Below, one piece after another: positions 9,472-18,051 of a stretch of DNA of 64,000 nucleotides. The DNA is from a virus, in IMG/VR virus record IMGVR_UViG_3300029845_000007; one strand, written 5' to 3'. The stretch's first letter is position 1. The number at the start of each line of letters is the position of its first letter. The translations under genes and the position numbers were made by a program. The notes under the pieces were generated by a model. The model did no database searches. It was not told the origin of the DNA and was given only the letters and a program-made list of their open reading frames with translations.

Positions 9472-10470
9472 TTATACAAATAAATTCATTTGTTGTTTCT
9501 GACTTCCATTAACAGTTTGATAACGAATATTAAGCATAGTATCTATTTCAGGTTCTAACCTAGATATTTTATACCATTTAGCTGTTTCTGTCCTACTTTC
9601 ATCAATATGAAAACCGTCTTTAAATCTTTGAGGTCTACCATATTGGTTAAGTATAAATGGAACTTCAATATGACAAAGAGCTAAACCTTTACATGGTAAA
9701 CCAGTAATAAGATGAACCATTTTAGCATATAAGTTTAATTGTAAACTATATGTAGTTCCATTACAATTAGGAAGACCACCAAAAGGTGGAAGAAGAACAT
9801 CTTCAGGTTTATGTACCCATTCATCTGTTTCTTGAACAGGTCTAACACTCTTATCTTTCTTATAATAACCTGCCTGAAATCTAAGACCAGTACGATTAGT
9901 TTTCCAATCTAGTATAACGAATCCGTCCTCTCTTATAGGCAATATATCAATAGTACCACTAACTAAATACTTCGGAAGAAAAGCTCCTATCTCTGAATAA
10001 ATCTTATAATCTCTTTCAGTATAGAACTTAAATACTTTATATATTTCTGGGTATTTGTTTTCGGTATGGTCAATAAAAGCATCAACATCAAGAAGTTTAG
10101 TATGACTATCAACAACATCTAAATCAGCAACAGTAACCATTTGTTTACTCTCTTGCTTATTAAGATATTTAATAGCATTAAAGAACTTACTATTTTGACG
10201 AATACCTTCTTCAAAGCTATTATGATAAACATTACCCATATCACAAGCCTTGTCTCTTATCTTATCCCATTGATTCTTTATATCTTTAATAGAAGTATTT
10301 TCTTCTTTAGCTTTATATTTAGCCCAATAATTAGAATCGAACTTAGGAACATAAGAATGAATAATTGTAGTAGCACTAATATAAGAATTACCACAATTAT
10401 CTGTATACTTATGAGTAGGTTCATCAAAGTATAACTTCGTTTGTTTATATTCAGATTTTACAGGTATCAT
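9472..10470 (-). CDS. Cas4/RecB-like PD-(D/E)xK exonuclease with a putative Fe-S cluster.
   Basis: 332 aa. N-terminal YFDEPTHKYTDNCGNSYISATT resembles the YqaJ/Cas4 N-terminal motif with one Cys. GTIDILPIREDGFVILDWKT is a D...ExK core. Three C-terminal Cys (LPNCNGTTY...GLPCKGLALCH) match the 1+3 Cys arrangement of Cas4/AddB. Confidence 0.5.
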   Translation of the reverse strand: MIPVKSEYKQTKLYFDEPTHKYTDNCGNSYISATTIIHSYVPKFDSNYWAKYKAKEENTSIKDIKNQWDKIRDKACDMGNVYHNSFEEGIRQNSKFFNAIKYLNKQESKQMVTVADLDVVDSHTKLLDVDAFIDHTENKYPEIYKVFKFYTERDYKIYSEIGAFLPKYLVSGTIDILPIREDGFVILDWKTNRTGLRFQAGYYKKDKSVRPVQETDEWVHKPEDVLLPPFGGLPNCNGTTYSLQLNLYAKMVHLITGLPCKGLALCHIEVPFILNQYGRPQRFKDGFHIDESRTETAKWYKISRLEPEIDTMLNIRYQTVNGSQKQQMNLFV

Positions 10471-11186
10471 TTTGTACTCTCGTATTTCCCCCGTAAAGGA
10501 GCGTTGACAATTGTATCACTTACTAATCCTAGCTCTCTCTTTTGAGCCTCTACTTGAGCTTCCAAATCACTAGCATCTTTTGCAGACATAGACATAGTAA
10601 CAACCTTACCACCTCTAGCTTTCTTTTGCTCTATTTCAAGAGCAGCAGCTTGTTTAGCTTCACCTAAAGCTTTAATTTGATTAGGAATGATATTAATAAT
10701 ACCATTTAGTTTTGTCACTAAATCAATAACTGGTAAAGCATCTTCGGCTTGTAAACCAGAGTTTAACTTATTAGTAAGTTGCTCACTAATAATATTTGCT
10801 GCACGAGAACTATTATGAACAGCTCTAAGAATACTTTCAAGAGCTTCTCCTGCAACACCCATTTTATCTTCATGATATCTATCAATAAGACGAAGAATAA
10901 GAGCATCAGGATTCCAATCAGCAGGAAGACCATAATTAGTCTTTGCAGAAGCTAATGCTTCAGAACGACTATATCCCATTTGATTAGGTGGAGATTTAGG
11001 GTCGGCTACATAAAAGATAACTCCGGCTTCTTTAATATACCGAAGTTTATCCTCACTATTATCACGAAGATATAATTCTCTTACATCTTTATCCTGTATC
11101 TGATAAACGTTAGGAGCATAGGGATAACCTTGCTCATTAACACTAATCATACCACTTAAATCCAATGGGGAAATCTTCGCAATCAT
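10467..11186 (-). CDS. Hypothetical protein.
   Basis: 239-aa ORF with start/stop overlaps with both neighbours. Its C-terminus contains a dispersed-motif copy (10486-10501) encoding NAPLRGKYE. Confidence 0.5.
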   Translation of the reverse strand: MIAKISPLDLSGMISVNEQGYPYAPNVYQIQDKDVRELYLRDNSEDKLRYIKEAGVIFYVADPKSPPNQMGYSRSEALASAKTNYGLPADWNPDALILRLIDRYHEDKMGVAGEALESILRAVHNSSRAANIISEQLTNKLNSGLQAEDALPVIDLVTKLNGIINIIPNQIKALGEAKQAAALEIEQKKARGGKVVTMSMSAKDASDLEAQVEAQKRELGLVSDTIVNAPLRGKYESTK

Positions 11187-11688
11187 AACCTTCTCTATTT
11201 AATAGATTAATATAGTAATCAGAATCATTAACTGGTTTCATCTTACTAAAGAAATACATATATAGTTTATAACCACGTTCATCTCTACCAAATTGTCTAA
11301 GTTTTCGTCCAGCTAGAACTTTATTAAGTCTAATTGTACGAGATATTATAGTAGTTCTACTTTTAAATCTACGACGTTGAACAACCCTAGACAATATAAG
11401 ACCTCTTCTAAACTCTTTGTATTCTTCAGGAGTAAGCTCTTGCCTTTTCTCTTTCATTAAAGCATGATGCTCCATTGCATCAAGTTTACCTTCATTCGGA
11501 AAGAATGAACCGATACGAGGAATTGTAACTCTCCCCATAATCTTAATTCTATTGACTACTTGACTTTCAATATCATCAACAATATCATTAATAATAAGAG
11601 CATCTTGGGGAGTGACACCTAATAGAGCAATAATATCAGCTCTATCAAGCATCAATTCTCTCTTCTCTTTTAAATCAATAGACGGCAT
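11143..11688 (-). CDS. Hypothetical protein.
   Basis: 181-aa ORF in the same operon-like array. Confidence 0.45.
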   Translation of the reverse strand: MPSIDLKEKRELMLDRADIIALLGVTPQDALIINDIVDDIESQVVNRIKIMGRVTIPRIGSFFPNEGKLDAMEHHALMKEKRQELTPEEYKEFRRGLILSRVVQRRRFKSRTTIISRTIRLNKVLAGRKLRQFGRDERGYKLYMYFFSKMKPVNDSDYYINLLNREGYDCEDFPIGFKWYD

Positions 11689-11691
11689 CTA

Positions 11692-12333
11692 TTATATTTG
11701 TAATAAGTTTGTAGCAACAATAAACTTTTGAGGTTTACCATTAGGAATAAGACCTTCAATAGTATTCTGTCCTTGAATATCAGAAAGACGAACAATCTTA
11801 TAACCAACACAAACTACTGTTTCAGCAATAGTAGTAATCAATTTACCATTGTCACCTTTCTTTTCAATAGTCGCAGGACTTACCTCATTACCAAGTAAAC
11901 TAATAACAGAACCAGTACTAACCTTACGGAATATCTCACCACGAGCAATACTTATATTTAAGTCTTGGTCACTACGAATAAATTCAGCAAGATTATAAGG
12001 AGTAAGTTCATTGCTACGAGGATTACAATCTATACCCATAAATACGTCAGAAGGAGCGACATATAAGAAACGATTAAGCAAAGCTCTATCGCCTTCTTTA
12101 ACATCATCACTATAATTAGCTTTAACTAATATGAACTTAGTATTACCAGTACCTTTTAAGTCAGGATTAATAATTTCACGAAGTTTAGCAGTCTGAATAA
12201 TAGCAACAATACCAAAATGCTTGAAAGGAGTAATATTCTTAACTCTTTCAGAAACATATTGGAAATCAATTTCTGCCATGTGTTGAGGAACTAGGAAAGT
12301 CTCTCCTTTAGTTTTGTTCTCTAAGTGTAGCAT
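11692..12333 (-). CDS. Hypothetical protein. First gene of the leftward operon.
   Basis: ORF track gives 11692-12381. The internal Met at 12333 (MLHLENKTKGETFLVPQHMAE...) is the more likely start, since the upstream extension is low-complexity (NLINNINNL). Confidence 0.45.
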   Translation of the reverse strand: MLHLENKTKGETFLVPQHMAEIDFQYVSERVKNITPFKHFGIVAIIQTAKLREIINPDLKGTGNTKFILVKANYSDDVKEGDRALLNRFLYVAPSDVFMGIDCNPRSNELTPYNLAEFIRSDQDLNISIARGEIFRKVSTGSVISLLGNEVSPATIEKKGDNGKLITTIAETVVCVGYKIVRLSDIQGQNTIEGLIPNGKPQKFIVATNLLQI

Positions 12334-12821
12334 AATTACTTTAATTAGATTATTAATATTATTAATTAAGTTGACTAACATTACTAACTGTAATATAACC
12401 GTCAGTCATTAATAGCACAAGTATACGAATAATATCTATATCATCAATATCTAACTAGTTAAAAAACCTTTAGAATTGTATTCTCTGTATAATTCACATC
12501 CATTCACACTAGTTCACATTAGTATACACTCTAATACAAGTCCACTACTTAACTAAAATATCGACTAAATCTTACCATTCTATTTTTACAATCCTAATGC
12601 TAAATCTTCGGACTCTTCGATAGAAGAGGAGAAAGGTAATACACAATAAGACACAATAGACAACTAATACTATATAATATAAGTAAGACCAATTAAGGAC
12701 TTAAAGGAATTAATTAGACTAATAGGACTAACTAATAAGATAATTCTTCTATAAGAAGAGTTAGACTACTAACAACAATAGATATACAGAAGGGAATTAG
12801 AAATACTATTAGAACTAACTA

Positions 12822-12940
12822 ATGTATATAGACTTAGAAATAGGACTGGAACTACTGTTAGAAATAGAATTAGGAATAGGACTAATAATGAACTTAGAAA
12901 TAGGATTAGGACTATTAGAAGAAATAAACTTAGAGGTACT
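12822..12940. repeat. Degenerate tandem repeats of about 13 bp (cttagaaatagga-like).
   Basis: Visible as repeated LEIGL units in the spurious ORF 12822-13082. Lies in the 1.2 kb divergent intergenic region. Confidence 0.6.
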
Positions 12941-13081
12941 ACTATTAGTGCTGCCCCACAAAATAATATTTTTCATGAGTATATTTTTATCGAGACGAAG
13001 CTCCTACCCTGATAGCCCCCTGCTCTCAAACCAATTCCAATACCCCCGTCAAGACCAAATGACTTTAAACATATTGCTATA

Positions 13082-13261
13082 ATGTTTAATTTAATACTAA
13101 TGTTTATGATATTCTTGATATTGTTATTGGTTGCAGTTGTTATGACTACTGCAACTTATCGTTCTGTTGTTAATAAACAGAGACGTGATTGGAGAGAACA
13201 TGGTCGTGCAGGCGAGACTTATGAACAATTTTGTTCACGTTATTATACTAGATACGTATGA
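13082..13261 (+). CDS. Small membrane protein (59 aa).
   Basis: ATG 13082-13084 to TGA 13259-13261. N-terminal TM (MFNLILMFMIFLILLLVAVVM) then a basic tail. Too small to appear in the supplied ORF track. Confidence 0.3.
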   Translation: MFNLILMFMIFLILLLVAVVMTTATYRSVVNKQRRDWREHGRAGETYEQFCSRYYTRYV

Positions 13262-13440
13262 GTACTCGTGATAAGATTAAAGTGGTACACTTGGCATTAA
13301 GTATGCTAGGTGTGCCAGTATTCATACATCTAAGTTACATTAAATTGTATGATAATCATGTGAATAGTTTCTTAATACTATTGGTCGTACTAGTATTGAT
13401 ACCAGACATAAATAATATAGTAAAAGAACTATTGAACTAG
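13258..13440 (+). CDS. Small hydrophobic protein (60 aa).
   Basis: ATGA start/stop overlap with the preceding small ORF. Confidence 0.3.
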   Translation: MSTRDKIKVVHLALSMLGVPVFIHLSYIKLYDNHVNSFLILLVVLVLIPDINNIVKELLN

Positions 13441-13579
13441 TCAAACCAAATGACTATAAACATATTGCAGTTACTATCAAACCAAATGACTATAAACATA
13501 TTGCCATTGTGTGTGTGGTTAGGATGCACATTGGTTGAACAGTTGCTAACCGATTTATAACATTTAATTTATTTGTATT

Positions 13580-14254
13580 ATGGGAACAAGAGTTAATGAT
13601 GCAGCTAGAAAAGCTGCTGAAGAAGCTGCTAAGAAAGCTGCCGAAGAAGCTAAAGCTAACGCTAGTAATGATGCTAGTAACGATGCTAGTAATGATGCAC
13701 GTATCGTTGATTTGTCCGAGTATCACGGAAAAGACGCAGACGATATTACTCGTCTGTTGCTTGACCGTCCTGATTTCGAGAATCACGATAGCTTGATGAT
13801 TACTAATATCATTGATAATAGCAGTCGTTATGCAGGTGCTCTTACCATTGTTGTTAACCGTAACCTTCCACAGTTTGTGAAAGATGCTGCAAGTGGTGAT
13901 TATGTCGAGTCTGTAACTCGTAATATCTTTACCACTCGTATTCAGCTATCTGCAATACTGAAAGGTCAAGGCGAACCAATGCTTGCCAATGCTGTTATGA
14001 CTGCACCGTTATCAGTGCTGCACGTTATCTTCAAGAAGGCACGTATTAGCGTGCTTGGACACGTGCTTGGAGCAGGTGAGATATTTGTAAATCCGTATGC
14101 CAGTAAAATGGCTAAGGAGGAACGTGTTAATGAACACGACCGTTACGAGTATTTCCCATACGAACTAAGTATGCGTAGTTTGTCCCTTGCGGACGAAATG
14201 CTCGTAGCCGACATGTTGGCTAAATACCAGCCTGATGCAGAGAGTGCTGCTTAA
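13580..14254 (+). CDS. Hypothetical protein with an N-terminal AEEAAKKAAEEA/ASNDASNDASND repeat region. GC-rich codon usage.
   Basis: 224-aa ORF, first large gene of the rightward block. Local GC is clearly above the window background, and a perfect hairpin follows. Confidence 0.6.
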   Translation: MGTRVNDAARKAAEEAAKKAAEEAKANASNDASNDASNDARIVDLSEYHGKDADDITRLLLDRPDFENHDSLMITNIIDNSSRYAGALTIVVNRNLPQFVKDAASGDYVESVTRNIFTTRIQLSAILKGQGEPMLANAVMTAPLSVLHVIFKKARISVLGHVLGAGEIFVNPYASKMAKEERVNEHDRYEYFPYELSMRSLSLADEMLVADMLAKYQPDAESAA

Positions 14255-14262
14255 CCAGTTAC

Positions 14263-14286
14263 GTAGGAGAGAGAAATCTCTCCTAC
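14263..14286 (+). terminator. Perfect 10-bp stem with GAAA loop (GTAGGAGAGA-gaaa-TCTCTCCTAC) between convergent genes.
   Basis: Seen directly in the sequence. The U-tract is weak, so it could act as a bidirectional terminator or a protein-binding palindrome. Confidence 0.35.
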
Positions 14287-14411
14287 TAAACTAAGAATAC
14301 ACCATTCGGCACGTGTTCGACAATACTACCGACTTATGCTCGCCGTCCGGCAAAGCCTTCGGGCACAGCCGTCAGGCAAAGCCACTAAGGATTGGAAACG
14401 ACACTAGTCAC

Positions 14412-14465
14412 CTGATAAGCGAAATGCTACAACTGATAAGCGAATCCAACCAACTGATAAGCTAT
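14412..14465. repeat. Three iteron-like direct repeats, CTGATAAGCGAA / CTGATAAGCGAA / CTGATAAGCTAT, at about 21-bp spacing.
   Basis: Copies begin at 14412, 14433 and 14454. The last overlaps the stop codon of the winged-helix gene. They sit in a GC-rich non-coding stretch (14255-14461). Confidence 0.6.
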
Positions 14466-14977
14466 TTGTCCGAATACAGTCTCATGTAATCCGATACGAA
14501 CTTGTTTCTATCTCCCATGAACATCATATTATGGTTTATGATATAGACATTGTTCTTATCATTAATAGCTTTAGCTATAAAGTTAGCATCGATTAGTTGA
14601 CGGATACCGTCACTTATTCTCTGTTGACTAACAGACAATTCACCAGCAATCTTAGTTTGGTTAAGTACTATCCAGTTACAACCGAAACCTATATTCCTAT
14701 ATATGTAATTCAACATGGATAAACCATGGGTCTTTAAATATCTTAGGTTAGACATTCCATCGAAGTACAACTGCATAAAGTTACCTGTATATCTAACTTT
14801 ATCATCTTCGATTACAACAATTGTCTTACCTGTCTTATTAGCCCATTGTTTAAGCTCGTCAAGACTGTCGTCAGAACAATCTTTAGGATTAATATTAAAA
14901 GGAAATACAGTAGGTTTGATAAGATTGTCCACTGGTTGGACTTTAGCATTAGCTTTAGCATTTGTTTCTACTTTCAT
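14462..14977 (-). CDS. Winged-helix DNA-binding protein (Rep-initiator-like or transcriptional regulator).
   Basis: 171 aa. ...NWIVLNQTKIAGELSVSQQRISDGIRQLIDANFI... is a typical HTH recognition-helix/wing. Flanked by iteron-like repeats on the 3' side and an inverted-repeat operator pair on the 5' side. Confidence 0.55.
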   Translation of the reverse strand: MKVETNAKANAKVQPVDNLIKPTVFPFNINPKDCSDDSLDELKQWANKTGKTIVVIEDDKVRYTGNFMQLYFDGMSNLRYLKTHGLSMLNYIYRNIGFGCNWIVLNQTKIAGELSVSQQRISDGIRQLIDANFIAKAINDKNNVYIINHNMMFMGDRNKFVSDYMRLYSDK

Positions 14978-15019
14978 AATTGTTAATTTATAGTTAAAAA
15001 CTCATTTTCGGCTTCTAAA

Positions 15020-15082
15020 TTACACAGATTTGCGTGTAAAAACAAGCATTACACCTAGTATTTTACACAGATTTGCGTGTAA
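15020..15082. promoter_or_regulatory. Two copies of a 20-bp operator-like site, TTACACAGATTTGCGTGTAA, upstream of the winged-helix gene.
   Basis: Copies at 15020-15039 and 15063-15082. The ends TTACAC/GTGTAA are inverted repeats. Located 43-105 bp upstream of the start codon at 14977. Confidence 0.55.
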
Positions 15083-15179
15083 TTTGAAATTCGTAACTGA
15101 CTGATAATGACCGATTTAACATAAAATTAACACGCTATAACAAGATAGGGAATCTTGTAAAAAATAGATTTTTATTTTG

Positions 15180-15960
15180 TATATGCAAATATAATACTAT
15201 TTTTTTTATTAGCTCACCTATTCGATGACTATTGTCGTAGACAATAGGAAGAAGCTCATACAATAACAACAGTAGTATCAACAATAGTATTATCAACATC
15301 AGTAGTATGAATAGTATGAATAGTATTATCAACATCAATAGGAAGAAGACTATTACTAATATCAATAGCATCAATAGTAGTATGAATAGTAAGATATAGA
15401 GATGATAGCGAAACTACATTCCCTTAACTCAATATAACTCCTCACACTTACTAAATTAAACCTCTTAATGTTTACTTTTGAACCTATTCAAAATCCATAT
15501 AGAGTATAAATCAAATTTATTCGATTGTACTATTATCGCTATGTTTCCGATACTATATTTCCGATACTCTATCGTCATTGTTACTATCGTCATTGTTATT
15601 ATATTATATTATTATACTATCACATGTTATTACTATTACTATTAGGTTTTAATCTAATCTCACTATTGCCAATCTCACTATATACTATTAGTATTATATC
15701 TTGGTTGTATTGTATGAGGTCTAGTTCCTATTCTTACAGAATAGTTCACTAGTATATTAATACTATATATAACATCTGATAACGAGAATACCAATAGATT
15801 GAATATAAGGCTATATAATAGACTGGATAGTATTATTACCAATAGATTGGATAATAGAATAAGTATAGTAATATGTATAAATATGTATAGATATGTATTA
15901 CTATTAATATCTAGATTACTATTTGGTTTGTTACTTAGCTGGTCTAGTCCCGCTCGCAAA
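15180..15960. repeat. Low-complexity, minisatellite-like non-coding region.
   Basis: Repeated units include aataggaagaag, agtagtatgaatagta, tttccgatact x2 and tatcgtcattgtta x2. Only spurious Leu/Ile-rich ORFs overlap it. Confidence 0.5.
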
Positions 15961-16000
15961 GCTCGCTTTTCTCCCCCATAAAGGAGCGTGATTGCTGTTA
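15938..16000 (+). repeat. Extended intergenic copy of the GC-rich dispersed element.
   Basis: gctggtctagtcccgctcgcaaagctcgcttttctcccccataaaggagcgtgattgctgtta. About 50 nt closely resemble 40807-40856, and its 3' half resembles 8480-8510. Confidence 0.7.
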
Positions 16001-16218
16001 CATCTTCACCTTTTATTTACCATTTAACTTATATCATTATGAATACCGATATTTATTTCTTTATAATAACTGTATTACTATTTGTTATTACTACTCTCTT
16101 ACTGAATAACTATCTCATTGATAAGAAGTCTAATATTTTGTCTATGACAATATTTATTATAGCTGTTATGGCTATCGTTATTATCTGTGTTGCAATATTT
16201 AATCTTTCTAGTATATGA
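15988..16218 (+). CDS. Small membrane protein.
   Basis: 76-aa ORF with two hydrophobic segments. The likely start is the internal Met (MNTDIYFF...). Confidence 0.3.
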   Translation: MIAVTSSPFIYHLTYIIMNTDIYFFIITVLLFVITTLLLNNYLIDKKSNILSMTIFIIAVMAIVIICVAIFNLSSI

Positions 16219-16400
16219 CTACTTATCAATTCCATATATTTCTATCTTTAATTGGAATAGTTATATGTCTGTTGTATTTGATGTTTAATTACCTTTCTTA
16301 TAAGAAGGTTTTTATCGTCCGTTCTTTAGTTCAAACTATAATAACTTATATAATAGTTATTAGCTTTATTCGTTTACTATATCGTACTATATTATTATGA
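16215..16400 (+). CDS. Small membrane protein.
   Basis: 61-aa hydrophobic ORF whose start overlaps the stop of the previous one. Confidence 0.3.
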   Translation: MTTYQFHIFLSLIGIVICLLYLMFNYLSYKKVFIVRSLVQTIITYIIVISFIRLLYRTILL

Positions 16401-16452
16401 TATAGATTCATTACTTTTAAAATTAAATTCTTAATAATTAATACATGTATTT

Positions 16453-17352
16453 ATGAAAGCTGTTGTAAATGATAAAAATCATCTAACTTTTGTATCTCAT
16501 CTTAATGGAGTTACTATTGTTGAATCTAGTGGTTTTATTATCGATTTAGATTATCAATGTCTTACTTCTATTTGTGAGATTTCTGATATTGGTAATAATT
16601 ATAGTATTGCTGAATCTAATAGAATCTCTGAATTAGAGAAAACTATTTCTGAATTAGAAGCCGATGTTGCTAATAAGTCTACTCAAATTAGTAAACTGTC
16701 TAGTGAATTAAATCTTCGTGCTAGAGTTATTAGTGAGAAGAACGAAGAGATTGAACAACTTAAATCTGATATTATTAAGTTCCAAGCTGATATTGCTAAT
16801 TTTCAGGCTTGTGCTGCTAATGTTTCTGATATTGAATATGAACTGAATAAATGTCGTGAAACAAATAATGCACTTACAGAAAAGTTAGAAAGTAAAACTT
16901 CTGATTTAGCTGAAAGAACTTATTGGTTCAGATATTATAGACGAGCATTTCGTGCTGTTAAGGAGTATCTTAAGCCTAATGAAAAATATGGTTTAGATTC
17001 AAGCGGTTATAATATTGTTAATAGTATTGATAGTAAATTTATAATATCATTTAAAGATACAAGTATTGCTAGTAAAGCATTTAATGAGTTAAGATATTCT
17101 ATTTCTCCAAGAACTGTATTACTCAAGTATGAAAATGATATTGTTGAATATAATGTCGATGCTATGAATATCTATTTTATTGAAGCTAATACTCCTACGG
17201 TTATTCGTAAGTTTAATGATGAAAACTTTAGTATTACTTGTTGCGATGTTTATACTGCCGAGATTACTAATGCTCTTCTTAATTGTGGTTTTCCTGCTAG
17301 TGATATTGTTTCTACTTATAAATCATATATAGCATTTAGTAATATCAATTAA
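16453..17352 (+). CDS. Hypothetical coiled-coil protein.
   Basis: 299-aa ORF. The central region (SELEKTISELEADVANKSTQISKLSSELN...) is heptad-rich. Confidence 0.5.
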   Translation: MKAVVNDKNHLTFVSHLNGVTIVESSGFIIDLDYQCLTSICEISDIGNNYSIAESNRISELEKTISELEADVANKSTQISKLSSELNLRARVISEKNEEIEQLKSDIIKFQADIANFQACAANVSDIEYELNKCRETNNALTEKLESKTSDLAERTYWFRYYRRAFRAVKEYLKPNEKYGLDSSGYNIVNSIDSKFIISFKDTSIASKAFNELRYSISPRTVLLKYENDIVEYNVDAMNIYFIEANTPTVIRKFNDENFSITCCDVYTAEITNALLNCGFPASDIVSTYKSYIAFSNIN

Positions 17353-17419
17353 TAAAATTATCTGTATTGTTTGGTATTTCAATTATTTATTTCTATACTT
17401 GCATCCGTATTAAACGATT

Positions 17420-17584
17420 ATGATTATGTACGAAGAACAAGGCATAGAATTTCCTATTTGTGGTTTGATAGACGATATAGACTATCTTGACTGTGAAATG
17501 GCTAATAATTGGAATACTGGCAATACTCTAAGTGAGAATAATATAGACCTTGACTTAGATATAACTCATATTGAAAATTAATTA
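17420..17584 (+). CDS. Small acidic protein (54 aa).
   Basis: ATG 17420 to TAA. MIMYEEQGIEFPICGLIDDIDYLDCEMANNW... Not in the ORF track because it is under 60 aa. Confidence 0.25.
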
Positions 17585-17594
17585 AATAATAGTT

Positions 17595-17978
17595 ATGGAA
17601 GAAAATAATAAAGTTGATGTTCTTAGTAAGAAACGTCCTACTGTCAATGAGTTAAAGACAGAAGTTATTCGTTTACGCAAAGATTTGGATAAATCTAATG
17701 CTGGTCTTAATCATTACAAATATACTTATGAGAAAGTTTCTAGCGAACAAAAGAATCTTATTGATAAGTGTTCTAAACTTGTTACTAGTAATAACTTTTT
17801 AGAAGCTAATAACAAGACTCTTAAAAATAGCATTGCATCTCTTGAAATTAATTTAGCTAAAGCTAAGAAGGATTGTGAAGAACTTAAAGCTAAGAATCAG
17901 TATAATTCTTCTGCATTTGTTATTGCAGCTATTATTGCTCTTGGTGCTGTTATTACAATGATTTTACGTTTAGTATAA
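17595..17978 (+). CDS. Coiled-coil protein with a C-terminal TM anchor.
   Basis: 127 aa. Ends with AFVIAAIIALGAVITMILRLV. Confidence 0.45.
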   Translation: MEENNKVDVLSKKRPTVNELKTEVIRLRKDLDKSNAGLNHYKYTYEKVSSEQKNLIDKCSKLVTSNNFLEANNKTLKNSIASLEINLAKAKKDCEELKAKNQYNSSAFVIAAIIALGAVITMILRLV

Positions 17979-18051
17979 TTCCGATATATACTTAATTTAA
18001 TTCATATCTGACAAAAGGGTTAAATAATGTCGGTTCACTCTATTAAGATTA

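Larger units (their letters stand above)
13050..13504 (+). promoter_or_regulatory. Three direct copies of a 27-bp element, CAAACCAAATGACTATAAACATATTGC.
   Basis: Copies at 13050-13077 (2 mismatches, ending 5 nt before ATG 13082), 13442-13468 and 13478-13504 (identical, 76 bp upstream of gene 13580). Candidate early promoter, operator or leader elements. Confidence 0.5.

Noticed and set aside
12822-13082. 86-aa ORF with repeated LEIGL units
   Set aside because: Its periodicity comes from the tandem DNA repeat underneath. There is no start context. It is treated as a repeat, not a gene.
15135-15981. ORFs 15135-15374, 15525-15752, 15678-15959 and 15799-15981
   Set aside because: They lie on the minisatellite/low-complexity tract and translate to poly-Leu/Ile/Tyr strings. 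Not credible proteins.
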